From Octopus vulgaris (taxonomy: Eukaryota), in assembly GCA_951406725.2 (NCBI GenBank), contig OX597816.1, positions 143,406,001 to 143,470,000 of the forward strand: 64,000 bases of DNA. Reading direction: 5' to 3'. Position numbers and translations under genes: made by a program. This document shows, piece by piece, positions 47,341-61,248 of the stretch. Position 1 is the first letter of the stretch; the number at the start of each line of letters is the position of its first letter. The notes beneath the pieces were generated by a model, which did no database searches, was not told the origin of the DNA, and saw only the letters and a program-made list of their open reading frames with translations.

Positions 47341-49765
47341 CAAGCCATTCATAAATAACTTAACTCTTTTTCACAAATAAATACCTCTCTCAGTGAGAAT
47401 CATCAGCTAATTGTTTCTGTATGATTTTTGCTGAGATTTTCTATCTTCATTGCTATGACATAGACCTTTGGCCACCCTAGCATAAATATTAATCCTGCTT
47501 CAATCTTTGGCCACCAATGCACCTATCTAAATTCCACACTAGCATCACATAAACTGATGCCACTTTCTCAGAAAGTAGGTCCTTCCTTATTTCTGCTGTA
47601 AAGTTCTTTTGTACAGGCTGGTGATAAACTACAATAACACTACTTATAAAAAAAATCAAATTTTTCTTGATGATGAAGGAAATTCACTGGTTTTGCTTTA
47701 AAAATGCTGCTTTAAATTGATGGGAAATCTTGTGGGAAGCTGAGACTAGTTTGGTTTAGAGTACAGAATTTATGCATTTTCTTTTAATACCAGCCAGTTT
47801 GTGTGGGTAAGCCTAAGCCATCTTTCATTTTCATTTATTTTTGTATGGAAATAATTTTTTAACATGACTTTATTTGTTGCCAAATTAATGGAAAAGCACT
47901 TGCTAATACCATTTTCTTTTGCACAAATGTTTGTTACCAAAGGGCTTTCTGTATGTTTTCTTTTCCTAATTATGTGCTGGTGCCACATAAAAAGCACCCA
48001 GTACACTCTGTAAAGTGGTTGGTGTTTGGAAAGGCATCCAGCCATAGAAACCATGGCAAAATAGATGACTGGTGTCTGGTGCAGTCTTCCAGCTCCTGCT
48101 TAGCAGTCTAGTCCTTGCCAGCATGGAAAACCGATATTAAATGATGATGATATAATTTTAGGTTTGTAATTTGTTAGCCAAGGGATATGACTACAATGTA
48201 ATCATCTCATTTTAGATTTATTTTTCATTAAAAACTTCCTGCTCTTCCTCAACTGATGCAGACATTCTAACATTATTAGGGAAAATATCTATACTTATGT
48301 TTATACAAACCTTTGAGACAATGTAAACATCATGGCTACTTTATTGAAATATATTTAGCCATTTGTTGTGTGAAAATTTTAGTTCACTTATCACATTGAG
48401 ATTTACAGTTTGATAAACTAATTTTTTATTGGCTAATCAGAGGAAAATGAGTAGCACCCATGAGACTTTTTAGGACCTCTGTAGGAAGGGAAAAGTCGCC
48501 CTTAAAAAAAGACCTGCAACAGATTGGACTTTACTAAAGTATTGAAAGGCCAAGTGGCAAAGTTTACCACATATAATCTATTGTTTGAGCTTCTACAAAG
48601 TTTCTACACTCACACAAGGGTTTTGTTGATCAAATGTTACAGAAGAAACTTGCTTATGGTGCCATGCAATGTGATTGAACCTGAAATCATTTAGTTGCAT
48701 ACAGCTGTGCACCCACCAAAATATCTTTTTTTTCTTATACCAATACTGTATTATTTCTTAAGATGATATTGAAGCCTTATCTATTGCTTATATAATCAAC
48801 TGAACTTCATGTTATCTCTTTAGTAAAATTCACTACAGTAGGATGGAAAGCAGATCACAAACTCTTCAAATTGCAAAAGGTGGCAACATATGAAAGACTA
48901 ATGTTATTTCTGGTTATAATTTGTAATGAACCTTGTGTAGATGACCATGTAAAAAAGCATGGAAGATTTGTAAATAACTTATAGAAGGCAAATTCTTATA
49001 AAACGAACTAGCTGATCAACTTTGGTATTATCAATACAATGGTTTTTCTGGTATTGTAGTGCATACATATTGAAGATTTCTCACATAGGCTCTAGATGAC
49101 AGATTTGAAAGTTTTAGTTAGTTCAATTAACCCTAATCCTAGTAAATGCTTGAACTTACTTTATCAACTATAAAGTGATAAAAAGCAAAGTTTAGAGTGT
49201 ATTTCTGTTCTCATTTTTTTGTTATCTAGTTGGTGTGATGTCAGACACTTTTTATTTTCATTACCTTAGCATTCTGAGTTCATATTTTACTGAGGTTGAC
49301 GTTATTTTTCATCACTCCAGAGTTGATAAACTAGGTTAGACTGATTTAGCTATACCCTCCTATACAAACTGCACACTTCTGCCAAAGTAAAGATTATTAT
49401 TATTGCTATTAACAGCTGTAGATGATAGCACTAGTACAGTACCAAGTTAGATGTATCGTTTGGTATTTAGCTGTTTTTTTTGATAGAGTTCAAATCCTAC
49501 CAAAATCACTTTTCATTTTTTCAGAGATTGATATAACTGATTACACAGTTGACTTGGTCCGGATTTGATTCCTGATAGCATTTTGTCAGATTTCTATCAT
49601 CTGTTGCTCTATATTTTAATTTGCATGTTTACAAGACCATAATAGTAAACACACACACACACACAAATGATGGTTTTCAGAATGGAAAAAAACTAGGTGT
49701 TCAGATGTGATGAAATGTAGTTTTTCTAACATGGTATCATTCACAGGTTCATGAGTTTATATATA

Positions 49766-51020
49766 TCAGGTTATCCCATAAGTTCTGTCCGATTTTACCT
49801 TTTTTAAAATTGAATGAAATTTAATAGTATTTTAGAATGTCTAATGGAATTAAAAATTATTTTTATGCATTTGTGTACATTTAAAGTAATTAAATATTAT
49901 TTTACAGAATAATAGAATTAAAATTTCTTTGATTAATACCCTTTCTAACATGGAAGTATCCAAAGAGCATTTAATGCACATAATACTTTAAGAGTATAAA
50001 AAAGGAAACTCTGCAGCCGAAGCGACTGGAAACATACACTCAGTTTATGGGAAAGAATGCTTGAATGAAAGAACTTGCAGAAGATGGTTTGCAAAATTCA
50101 GAAGTGGAGATTTCAGCCTTGAAGATGAAGATCGAGCAGGACGTCCAGTTGAGTTTGATGATAAGCTCCTTGAGGCATTACTTGAAGAAAATCCTGCATT
50201 ATCAGTTGAAGAATTGGCAATAAAGCTTAGTTCAAACCATACAACTGTTTCATCGTCATCTTCAACAACTTGGAAAAGTTCATAAACTTGGAAAATGGGT
50301 GCTTCATGAATTGTCCGAAAGCAACCACAAATCCTGAGGTGACATCTGCTCTTCTCTCCATTCTCACGAACTCATTTCACCCTTTTTGGATAGATTCGTA
50401 ACTGGTGATGAAAAATGGATCTTCTATCGAAATGTTAAATGTCATAAACAGTGGCTTGGTAAAAGGGAAAAAGCTCAATCACATCTGAGAAGGGAACTTC
50501 ATGGAAAAAAGGTTCTCTCTATCTGATGAGATTGCAATGGAGATTGAATTGTTACCACCTAATGCAACAATCAATGCTCAAGTCTACTGTCAGTAATTAG
50601 AGCGTTTGAACCAAGCTTTGAAGAAAATAAGACCCGCTTTAGTGAATCGAAAAGGAGTGATGTTTCATCAGGACAATGCGTGACCCCCACACTGCAAAGA
50701 TCACATCACAGAAAATCGAAGAGCTTGGTTGGGAAAAAATTCCTCCTTGCTCCTTCAGACTACCATTTGTTTCGTAGTTTACAGAGTCATTTAGGGGACA
50801 TAACTTTTGCAAGCCAGGAGGAGGTCGAAACGGACATTTCAGAGGTCTTCGCTTTGAAACCAAAAGAGTTTTACATTGATGGGATTAAAAAGCTTGTAAA
50901 TCTATGGAAGTCATAGATAATCAGGGAAAGTACACTGATGATTAAATTTCAATTAAATATAACATTTGATCACTTGTTTTCTTTATTCAAAATTCGGACA
51001 GAACTTATGGGATGACCTGA
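49766..51020 (+). mobile_element. Mariner transposon, near full length, defective
   Basis: TIRs TCAGGTTATCCCATAAGTTCTGTCCGATTTT / AAAATTCGGACAGAACTTATGGGATGACCTGA with TA flanks. Motifs RWFAKFRSGDFSLEDEDRAGRP, TGDEKW, HQDNA and LAPSDYHLFRSL. Confidence 0.93.
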
Positions 51021-51208
51021 TATTTATATATATATTTTGAAACCCTAACTTCACTGAAATAAGAGTCATGGCATGAAATATTGGAAGTAAGACACACTGA
51101 ATTAATTTCAAGTTTAAACATTGGTGATAAATTGTAAGTAAACTAAATCTAATTAAATATTTTATGTCAGAGTTAATGTTTAATGTTGAATGGAATGACA
51201 AAATATAA

Positions 51209-51214
51209 TTTATT
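51209..51214 (-). terminator. Candidate CCNQ polyadenylation signal
   Basis: AATAAA on the minus strand ~400 nt after the stop codon. Confidence 0.4.
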
Positions 51215-51617
51215 TTTTGAAATGAAATGTTTTAGTTTTTATCCTTTTGGGACTTCAAAATATATGCAGATACCTCAATATGAGATAGATTTTTTTTTTT
51301 TACAAGTGATGAGTAGTGTAATATTAACATTAGCAACGTCACTGCTGAAGCCTGAGTCTTTGAATTGATATATGCAATATACTTGGCAATAATACTGCTG
51401 GATATTCACTTCAGTTCTGTTTAGGCAATGACGTCTTGTAGGGTGAGAAAAAATTGGTTTCTTCCTGTTAAATTATGCTGAAGACACTGCATGTCACTTC
51501 TGCTATTTGCATGCATGCATACATACATACACAAGCATATGTATGTACATACATACATACTCAATATGAGAAGTTTCATAAAGTGCGACCATACATGCCA
51601 GCTGATGTAGAAATGTT

Positions 51618-51701
51618 TTAACCAGTTTCTAGTTCATATGTCTGGATTATATCTATGATGACATCTCGTATAATGTCTAGTGTCAAGTCTGAAGAAAACA
51701 C
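51618..51701 (-). CDS. CCNQ: Cyclin Q exon 6 (terminal)
   Basis: ttacag|VFSSDLTLDIIRDVIIDIIQTYELETG*; matches VFNDDLTKPIIDNIVSDLIQIY. Confidence 0.92.
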   Translation of the reverse strand: MFSSDLTLDIIRDVIIDIIQTYELETG

Positions 51702-51979
51702 CTGTAAATAGAATTTTACAAACATTTATATGCTTCTTAATTAATTAACCAAAGCAAATCAATCATTAATACAAAAGGAGTTAGGTATTTTGGTGATGAG
51801 GATTACTAGGATTGGAATATTTAAACTGTGGACATATAATTTTGTTTGCATTGATAATACTCTTCATAAAACACCACCAACAATATATTACCATATTTCT
51901 AATTGTTAAAAGATCTCAAAGTTTATGCATACATATGAAATCAATATTGCTAAAGAAAAACAATGAAATCCATACTTAC

Positions 51980-52207
51980 CCTCCACCACTTAGTGTGAGC
52001 TACTCTGTTAAGATGTACTTCCAGACCATAGCACATCATAGATAAATAAATAATAGATACAGCAATATGCTGTGGTTTGAACTTGAGACTAGTTTTGCCA
52101 TGGTAACTGTCACGAAGGACTGACCAGCATGTTCTTGTGAGTGGGACCTGATCCCAAACATGAGGCTGAAACCAATCTTTTAGAGTCTTCAGGTAATGCA
52201 GAAGATA
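51980..52207 (-). CDS. CCNQ: Cyclin Q exon 5
   Basis: ttatag|YLLHYLKTLKDW…CWSVLRDSYHG…QHIAVS…KWWR|gtaagt; 228 nt. Confidence 0.95.
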
Positions 52208-52806
52208 CTATAAAAATAAAGGAAAATGAAAGCAGCTATTAAAATTGTTTACATTTTGGTAATTTCAAACTTGACTCAAAAATATCCAGCAATTAAATAG
52301 TTACATTTATTTGTTTGATAGTATAATTCCTGTGAATAAAAGGCATGAATCCATACAATTATATTCCTACAAATATAAATTTGAAGCAATATAGGTTTAT
52401 AAAAAAATCAGGAAAATAGAAGTAAATTTAGGTAGATATAGATTACCCTGTAGTAATACTATACACCAGTGAAAGAGGATCCCTGAATATTCTACCATCT
52501 TTAAAAAAAGGACATATGTTAATTATTCATTTTTGCTTATATCATGCGTTTTGTGAACAACAGCATTGTCAGTAAAAGGTTTTAATAGTTCAGCATATTT
52601 CTGATGGTGAGAATGATAAAAAGTCTATGTCCAACTGGGGTGGAATACATGATGCTAATTTAATGCGTAGTATTCAGTAAATGGCTATTAATATGATGTT
52701 AGAAAAGCACAATTTCTACTGCTTCTGTGTAAAGCTATTAAACCTCTGCACCTAGAATTCAGCACCAGAATGTAAACATAGTGTCATAAAGACAGATCTC
52801 ATTTTA

Positions 52807-54073
52807 TCAGGTTGAGTAAAAAGTAATCAACATTTTCAACCAGGAAGAATTTGTACCAGATTTTTGCAGAGTTTTGAATTTTTTAAAACATTCTTTTGCA
52901 ATTGTCTGATAATACAGATATAGACTTACCCAAATTGATATTGATACTTTTTTCACTGTTGTTACAATCATCTGAAATGGAACTGTCAAAGCGTGATGTT
53001 TGAGCAATTTTGCTATTCAACTTCAAAAGAGGATGTAAAGCAGCTGAAACTGCTCATAATATCAATGAAATGTTTGGTGAGGAAATGACCAGTGAGTGGT
53101 CAGCTCGAAAACAGTTTAAACGATTTTGCAGTGGAGACCTGAGCCTTGAAGATTGTGAGTGCTGTGGACACTCATCTGTCATCAGTGACAGTCAATTAAA
53201 GACAGTCTGTGAGAAAAATCCATGTAAAACCACTCAAGAACTGGCAAAAGAACTTCAGGTTAGCCAGAAAACTACCTGCAACCATTTGCATGCAATCAGA
53301 AAATCAAAAAAGCTCGACAAATGGGTACCACATGATTTGAATGAAAATCAAAAAATGCACAGATATGAAATTTGGTTGTCGGTTCTTCTCTGTAACCAGA
53401 CATCCATTTCTTGACTGTATTGTATCTTGTGATGAAAAGTGGATTTTGTACAATAATAAAAAAACGTTCTTCACAGTGGTTGGATCGAAATGAAGCCCCA
53501 AAAGCCTTCCCTAAAGTAGAGTCCTTCAAAAAGAAGGTTATGGTGACTATTTGGTGGTGTACAGCTGGACTCATCCACTATAACTTCTTAAAAATCTGGA
53601 AAAACTATTTCTGCAGAAACATATTGCCATGAAATTGCCAAAATGAATGAAAAACTGCTACTCTTCAATCCCAGACTGGTCAACAGAAGAGGGCCAGTCA
53701 TTCTTCATGATAATGCTCGACCACATGTTTCACTAATGAGGCTCCAGAAGTTGAGGGAACTTGGCTATGAAGTTCTTTCCCACCCAACTTATTCCCCAGA
53801 CCTTTCTCCTACTGACTACCACTTTTTCAAGCACCTTGATGGTTTCCTATCAGAGAAGGAGTTAATAAATCAAACCAATGCTGAAAGTGTGTTCAAAGAG
53901 TTCATCAGCTCCAGAACTCCAGATTTTTATGTTACCGGAATAAACAAACTTGTAACTCATTGGCAAAAATGTGTTGATTGAATGTTACTTAGATTAATAA
54001 AATTTCCGCATTATTGAAATATATTGTCATGAATTTCATGTTTCAAACGTTGCTTACTTTTTACTCAGCCTGA
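52807..54073 (+). mobile_element. Mariner transposon, near full length, defective, in CCNQ intron 4
   Basis: TIRs TCAGGTTGAGTAAAAAGTAA… / …TTACTTTTTACTCAGCCTGA with TA flanks. Motifs WVPHDL, DEKW, HDNARPH and YSPDLSPTDYHFF. Confidence 0.94.
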
Positions 54074-55461
54074 TATCTTTGTTCAGTGTCATTACAGAGT
54101 GAGCAGTGTGTGTGTGTGTGTGTGCATGCACATGTTTACTTCTGGTAATTGAGATGATATTTAGAGACATTTTATGAGTGAATTTTATGGTAGTTAGAAT
54201 GTTGGACTCAAGATCATAAGGTCACATGTTTGATTCACGTGCTAGGTGGCATGCCCTGCTCCAGGTGACTCAGCTGAAAATGAGTATCAGCTTTGGCCAT
54301 AGGTTGATTCTCTAATGAACAGGTTCAGAGAGGAAGACTTATACTTTCAGTCACTTAACCACTTTGGAAAAGGAAATAAAATATGCATGTAGGGTTGAGA
54401 AACATTTCTGTTCAAACTTTTGGTAAAAGAAATATAATGAATGAATGTAAATATCTATATATCTCATCATCATCATTGTTTAGCGTCTGCTTTCCATGTC
54501 AGCATGGGTAAGACTATATAGATACACACACACACACATATACATGGTAATATCAAATAATGAGAATGTGTGCTCAACACTGCATTGGTGGATAAATATT
54601 CTTTATTTGTAGGTAACCAGGTTATCACTGGTTTGATGGGAAGAGAGAGATCTCTTAGCAATTATCAAGTCTGATGCATGGAGAGTTGGTGTATTACTGA
54701 CATTATTTTACATCTATTTTCCATGCTGGAAATGTTTGGACAGGTCCTCACAGTCTGAATTAAGTTCTTATCTGGAATTATTGCCTTCCTAGATGTGTTG
54801 GATGTTCTTCCTAATACCAATCACTTAACAGTGTGTACTGGGTGCATTTTATAGTGGCATTAACACAAGAAAGGTTGTCATGCTACTAGCAAGACTAAAG
54901 GTTTGGTATACTTATTCACAAATAAATATTTTCTTTTGTCAACATATATAAACGTATTGTTGATAATTTACTTTATTAATGCCTATTACATATTCTGAGT
55001 ATCTACTCAGAACATATGCCTGACATGCAGAAATATATGACAGGTTTTCTGCAATTCTGTCATGCAAATGAAACTGAAGCTGTGGCAGAAGACACTTTCC
55101 TCAAGTAAGTGGGATTGAACCTAGAATCACATAGTTGTGAAGTGAAATTCTTAACCGTGCAACTATGCTTGTGCCCTACAAATAAGTGTAGTCAATTCTT
55201 TTGTAGTTCTAGTATCTATTCTCCATAATTTGGTGGAGTAAAGCTTATAAAGAGATAAAAGAAAATGCTTGCAATGAATTTGAACCTGCAACTGCCCAAT
55301 AACTGAAACCCTAATGTTTTACACATTCAATCTTTTGTATATCATTTCACTGAAGAAATTCTAATGTGTAAATGAGCTAAAAGATAATTTTGAATTTTTA
55401 AAAAGTTTCTGTCAACAATCATTTGAAAGGACAAGGAAATGAAACTAGACATGTCACTTAC

Positions 55462-55594
55462 TTTATGAGGATGATCAAAGGCTACTTTGAAACGCAATAC
55501 TCTTAAAATATAAAGTTCACATTTGGCAATTGCATCTCGCAGACCCCAGAATGTCTCCCCAACATCAAGAGGTGATTTGCTTTTGTGAAGTGTC
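55462..55594 (-). CDS. CCNQ: Cyclin Q exon 4
   Basis: ttccag|TLHKSKSPLDVGETFWGLRDAIAKCELYILRVLRFKVAFDHPHK|gtaagt. Confidence 0.95.
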
Positions 55595-56448
55595 CTGGAA
55601 TTAAAAATGATTTTTAATGAAAGAAAAAGTTGATGTAATAAATGAGAAAAAAAACCTCTCCCCAAATCAGGAAGTTTAGAATTCTAATTTGGGTATAGAA
55701 AATGTTTTAATCTATAGTTTAAACAACAAATAACAATAGGTATATGGCAAGATGTATCTTTAGGGCTGTTGATTAATTTTGTTGATTGAACAAAATCTTT
55801 AAACACAGTATTCTATTGATGGCAGCTGCATGATGATGATGATGTTGTTGTTGCTTTCCTGTAAAAGTGTAAGTGGTTAAGAGACATTGTACTTCCAGTG
55901 TAGGAATGTCAAACTACCATGACATGTTATTCATATTTTTTTAATTCTGGGGCTCACACGGTCACTTACCCCATTTCTGGGATGTATAAGTGACCAAAAT
56001 CACAACAGTTGCCCCTGATTACACTGACTCCAGTACTTGATTGGTACTTTATTTTATCAAGCCTGAAGGGATGAAAGACAAAGTTGACCTTGGTGAGATT
56101 TGAACTCAGAACATAAAGAGCCAGAGGAAATATCACCAAACATTTTGTCCAACATGCTAATGATTCTGTTAGTTTGTCACCTTATGTTAATCACAAAAGT
56201 ATTTTAAACATTTGTCAGATACAAAGGGCATAAGTAAGGTAACATGTTAAACATGGTGTAGTAATGGCAATGTCAGACACACTGTATGATTAAATGAAAC
56301 AGGGTAGAACCAGGAGCTGTGACACAACATAACAGCAGCATTGATACAGTGTGTCACTCAAGAAACAGAACCAAAATTGTATTAATTTGATCAGTTCTAA
56401 CCTCTCTCAACTTTTTTTTACCAAAATAATCTTATAAATAAGTCTCAC

Positions 56449-56534
56449 CTGTAGCAGACATTGACAACATCTCTGATTTTCCGATGCTCTTCTTCAATTT
56501 TCCCAGCTAGATATAATGATGTAGCAGATATCAA
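56449..56534 (-). CDS. CCNQ: Cyclin Q exon 3
   Basis: ctttag|LISATSLYLAGKIEEEHRKIRDVVNVCY(R)|gtgaga; cyclin-box YLAGKxEE. Confidence 0.95.
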
Positions 56535-56717
56535 CTAAAGAAAGAAAAAAAAAACCCCTTACTTCATATTTGTAAGTGAGATATTAAAAGTATTAAAAAC
56601 ATTCTCAATGTCAGATTACATGCAGTACATGAGGACATATTGTGAGGGCATTTTATCTTCTTTGAGTGGTAATATCTTATATTTAGAGTAACATTCTCGA
56701 CAAAGTCACACATAAGT

Positions 56718-56887
56718 GCAGGTGTGGGTGTGTGGTAAGTAGCTTGTTTACCAACCACATGGTTCCGGGTTCAGTCCCACTGCGTGGCACCTTGGGCAAG
56801 TGTCTTCTACTATAGCCTCGGGCTGACCAAAGCCTTGTGAGTGGATTTGGTAGACGGAAACTGAAAGAAGCCCATCATATATATGTA

Positions 56888-56925
<38 letters not shown>

Positions 56926-57130
56926 TGTGTGTGTTTGTCCCCCTAGCATTGCTTGACAAACGATGCTGGTGTGTTTATGTCCCTGTTACTTAGCGGTTCG
57001 GCAAAAGAGACCGATAGAATAAGTACTGGGCTTACAAAAGAATAAGTCCCAAGGTCGAGTTGCTTGATTAAAGGCGGTGCTCCAGCATGGCCGCAGTCAA
57101 ATGACTGAAACAAGTAAAAGAGTAAAAGAG
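56718..57130 (+). mobile_element. tRNA-derived SINE with internal (TA)n/(TG)n
   Basis: A/B-box-like head TGTGTGGTAAG…GGTTCAGTCCC, then CCTTGGGCAAGT, and a (GTAAAAGA)n tail. Confidence 0.85.
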
Positions 57131-57158
57131 AGAGAGTAAAGAGTATACATTTTGAAAC

Positions 57159-57290
57159 AAAATTAAAATGGCATTATAATAATTTATTTAGAATAGCTAG
57201 TGAATTATAAAGTAGAATTTTTAAAAATTAAAATGGCATTATAATAATTTATTTAGAATAGCTAGTGAATTATAAAGTAGAATTTTTAAA
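57159..57290 (+). repeat. Perfect 65-bp tandem duplication
   Basis: AATTAAAATGGCATTATAATAATTTATTTAGAATAGCTAGTG… starts at 57161 and again at 57226. Confidence 0.9.
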
Positions 57291-57807
57291 GAAATTTTTC
57301 TTTTCTGCTGGAGATTTAGTGTTAGTTCAATGCTTCTATTTGAATTAAGGCAGTATTCTACGAGGTAGTTGGTGAGTCACATTACCTCATAAGCTCTTGC
57401 CGTGATGTACTTAAAGGAGGAATAACTGAATCAAGCACTTCAAATACTATCAAGTGTGCTGTTATAATCTTGTGCTATAATTTAGTTAGGCGGGCTGGGC
57501 CGTTTCAAAGTTTTTTGTAGCACTGACAGTATTATAGACAAAATGCAGAATGGGCAAAAAGAAGCAACGAGCCCATATTTTGGCTAGTAATCCAACACTA
57601 TCAACTCAGCTATTTGTAGCTTTTTCAAAGTATTCACATCTAAACAAAAGTGCATGAAAATTTTGTAACTTTGAATATACCATGCAATGCCCAATGATTG
57701 CTGATTTCATGCTCTCTGACTTGGACATTTAGATGAAAAAAAAAAAAACATTTTACAGTGGAAATATATAAAATTAACAGACTAAATTGATTAAAAGCCA
57801 CAACTTT

Positions 57808-58020
57808 TCTTTTCTACTCTAGGCACAAGGCCCAAAATTTTTAGGGAGGAGGCTAGTCGATTAGATAGACCCCAGTATGCAACTGGTACTTAATTTATCA
57901 ACTCCGAAAGGATGAAAGGCAAAGTTGACCCTGGAGGCATTTGAACTCAGAACGTAAAGACTGATGAAATACCGCTTGGCATTTCGCCTGGCATGCTAAT
58001 GATTCTACCAGCTCGCCACC
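57808..58020 (-). mobile_element. tRNA-derived SINE
   Basis: Same core as 25657-25876. Confidence 0.8.
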
Positions 58021-58816
58021 CTTTTAACCATCATTAATGATGATCAATATTGTTCATTCCATTATGATATTGAATCTAGTTGGACAGGAAAAGGAACACT
58101 ATTCTTCCTCTTGCAATGCCTCCTTTCCAAGTTTTCCTCAGTTCAACAGACTACATGTATAACAAAATGGAGTTTGCAGTTCTGAACATCTCTTCAAGTG
58201 GAGCCTTAGACGACCATGTTAATGTGTCCTTAGCAAAAGACAAAAAAAAAAAAAAAAATACAGGTGTAAGCAGTTTATGGGTAACTGACAAATGTAAGCA
58301 GGAAACACTTTGTGGTTGCTCATCCTGCTGTAAATACCAGTAAAATTTCCCTTCAAAACACACTTCACTATATCAGGAAAAGAAGAGCACAATAAGGTCA
58401 GTCAAAATGGGAATGCCTTTGAATGTAGAAACTGACTTGAGACTAAACAACATCAACAATATAGGGATTGAGTTCTTAATCCTTTCATTAATATATCTTT
58501 TATGAAATACAGTCACCATCATCATTTTAATGTTCATTTTTCATACTTGTATGAATTTATTTGGATGGAGTTTACTGAGGCAGACACTTGATAGCTAGAA
58601 GCCCTTTCTGTTGTGAGCCTTCACCTATTTCGAAGCAACGTAGTATTTCCTCATAGCCAGACATGTTCTCACAGAATATTGGAAATGAATGGCACTGCTT
58701 GTGTGACAGTGATGCTTATTTACAACTATTATATGATATCAAGACAAAGAGACACAAACACATTTATCCACCTATCTCTCCCTCATCATCGTTCATCATC
58801 GTTTAGCGTCCGCTTT

Positions 58817-58855
<39 letters not shown>

Positions 58856-59310
58856 ATGGGCTCCTTTCAGTTTTCGTCTACTAAATCCACTCACAAGACT
58901 TTGGTTGAACTGAGTGAAAAATGTGTTTATGTACAATGTTGCAGCCAATATCAGTACTGATTGGTAGAACAACAATATGCCCATATACTGTGTTACATAA
59001 GATTTGTACAGATGTTTTTTCATTTATTTTATTTTTTTACCAGACTGGCATTATATTATTACATTAATATACTAAAGTCATAATAATGTAATTAAATATT
59101 TTGGAAGAATGTAACAGGTTCAATCCAAGTTTAATGTTAGATGTTTTAATTAATTAGCAAGCAGTGAACAAATGGGTGACGTTATTGACAATTCTTAAGA
59201 ATTAGTCAGTCAGATAGGCAAAACTTATAACGAAAGGTTATTGACATAAGTAAAAAAAAACTGATTTTCCCCACCTCCAAGAGAAATTTTATGAAATTGC
59301 AACAACTTAC

Positions 59311-59408
59311 ATAGATGTCGAAATCATTTAAAGAATTCTCTCTGAAAAATTTATGGTAGATCACAGATGCAGTTGCTAGAGAAACTGAACTCAATTTTAA
59401 TCTGTAAC
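59311..59408 (-). CDS. CCNQ: Cyclin Q exon 2
   Basis: tgacag|(G)YRLKLSSVSLATASVIYHKFFRENSLNDFDIY|gtaagt. Confidence 0.95.
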
Positions 59409-59615
59409 CTGTCAAAAAAAATGTACACACACATATATATATTTAATGTAGGATAAAATTTTTTCGAAAAAATTTTTATCAATGGCCAGCATATTAAAAA
59501 ATACCCTTAAAGGTCAAATTTATAAACAACTTATAAATAAGGGCAAACGAAAACATTTCTAATGCCAAATATGCCAAAATTAGACACATTGTCCATAACC
59601 ATTATAATTTTTTTT

Positions 59616-59925
59616 CACAATATGCACGCTACTCAAAAAAGGTCAACAGAAATTTCTAAAAAATTCCATTATTACCATATCGGACCGATTTCAGGGTTAG
59701 TTCGTAAGAACCCTCCCTTCGTCAGTGATAAATGTGGCAAAGAAATAAATGAGATACTTACTCATACCCATGGAAGAAGCAAACACTAAGTCATGAGCAC
59801 AATTAAGTACCCCAAATACATCCAAAATAGAAATTCTCCAGCCCATCCGAAATTGGTCTGATATGGTAATAATGGAATTTTTTAGAAATTTCTGTTGACC
59901 TTTTTTGAGTAGCGTGCATATTGTG
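59616..59925. repeat. 77-bp inverted repeat pair (MITE-derived hairpin) in CCNQ intron 1
   Basis: Arms 59616-59692 and 59849-59925 are reverse complements with two mismatches. Confidence 0.9.
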
Positions 59926-60790
59926 CACATATATGTATATATATAAACAATAAAGGTTTACATATTACTTTCAGAATATAATATGTTTTGTATTTGTAAT
60001 ATAAAGCAATACCACTTTTTTTGATGACTACTTGAGACTGATATGAGGTAGAAAAAGGTTTTTAACAATATGAGTTTAGCACATCAATGTTTAGAACACA
60101 AAAATAACTAGAATTCAAATCTAATACTGGTGTGAGTGAGCAAAAAAAGCCGTTAATACAAGTCTTAGATAAGACTAATTCATGTAGTCACTCTTGAAAA
60201 AAGAAAAAAGTGTATTGAAGGTTGTGAATCAAGTTTTCAACATGTAACCTGCTGTTTCAAAATATCAAAACTTACATCTCATAACTTACAAAGCTTATCT
60301 TTAGCAATGGAAGAGTAAAAATCTTCCATTGCCTTTCAATCAACAAGAAGAAATGAAAATAAGTACTATTAATATCACTAAATGACTTTCGCTGGTTATA
60401 AAATTTCTTACAAAAATCAGTTTTGTATTCAGATACAAAAAAACCCCAAAATTTTTGATTTAGATAATTATAAATAGGTTCAGTCTTACTATGCAACACC
60501 TTGGGCAAGTGTCTTCAAGCATACTCTGGAACTGATCAGTATTTCAAGAGTAAAATTGGTAGAAGCTAGTCGTGTATGTGTGTGTGTGTGTGTATGCCAG
60601 CATGTGTGTGATTGTGTTTCTCCAATTTATGACTGGTTTTGGTTAGTTTATAAAGAAGAAATTAGAAATTGATGTCTGATTGTACAAATAGGTAATGTAA
60701 GGGGAATGAGGACTTAGATTTGGCATGGATGCTTGAAATTCTATGAGTAAGTATAACTGGGATTATCACAAAACAGTAAATAATAGGTTA

Positions 60791-61008
60791 CAGCAATCCC
60801 TCAACTATTGCAGGTGTGTTACGTTCCAAAAACCCCCACGACAGGTGAAAATCTGCAAAGTAAGAACAGTACTGATCTGTATATTTTTTATTATTTTATA
60901 ATTTGTATATATTTATTTTATTATAAATGCAAAACAACACAGAAGAATTGACATAAGCTTAAATAATAAACTGTGATAGATGAACGGTGATATGGTGAAG
61001 GATTACTG
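60791..61008. mobile_element. Pogo/Tigger-like MITE
   Basis: TA-CAGCAATCCCTCA … TGAAGGATTACTG-TA termini. Confidence 0.75.
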
Positions 61009-61028
61009 TATCTTATTTTCAGGTTTAA

Positions 61029-61248
61029 TCTTTTTGTTACCATATTTCTATTGAAATACACTATCTTTGTTTCAATTAATTTTGAAAATAATGAAGTATT
61101 TAAAAAAATATCTTTGTCCTTATTAAGTTGGTGTTTGAAACCTAAATTAACTTGAAATTTTGAGGAAGTCTTTAATTTTGATCACTTTAAAATAGAAGTT
61201 TGTTTCATAGAACCAAAGGTAGTCTTGGATGGATTGGTATTGAATGGG
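61029..61248. mobile_element. TTAA-flanked MITE (piggyBac/Kolobok-type TSD)
   Basis: TTAA-TCTTTTTGTTACC … GGTATTGAATGGG-TTAA. Confidence 0.55.

Noticed and set aside
53010-53981. Domesticated or active mariner (SETMAR-like) gene
   Set aside because: It has an early stop and frameshifts, intact TIRs with TA flanks, and no SET exon or splice link to CCNQ (opposite strand).
56718-56800. tRNA gene
   Set aside because: The A/B-box-like head continues into a SINE body, and no complete cloverleaf could be drawn. The same applies to 26822-26885.
59616-59925. Transib/RAG RSS-like element (CACAATA terminus)
   Set aside because: There is no 5-bp TSD (TTTTT versus CACAT), and repeat-like sequence seems to continue left of the arm, so the CAC end is probably internal.
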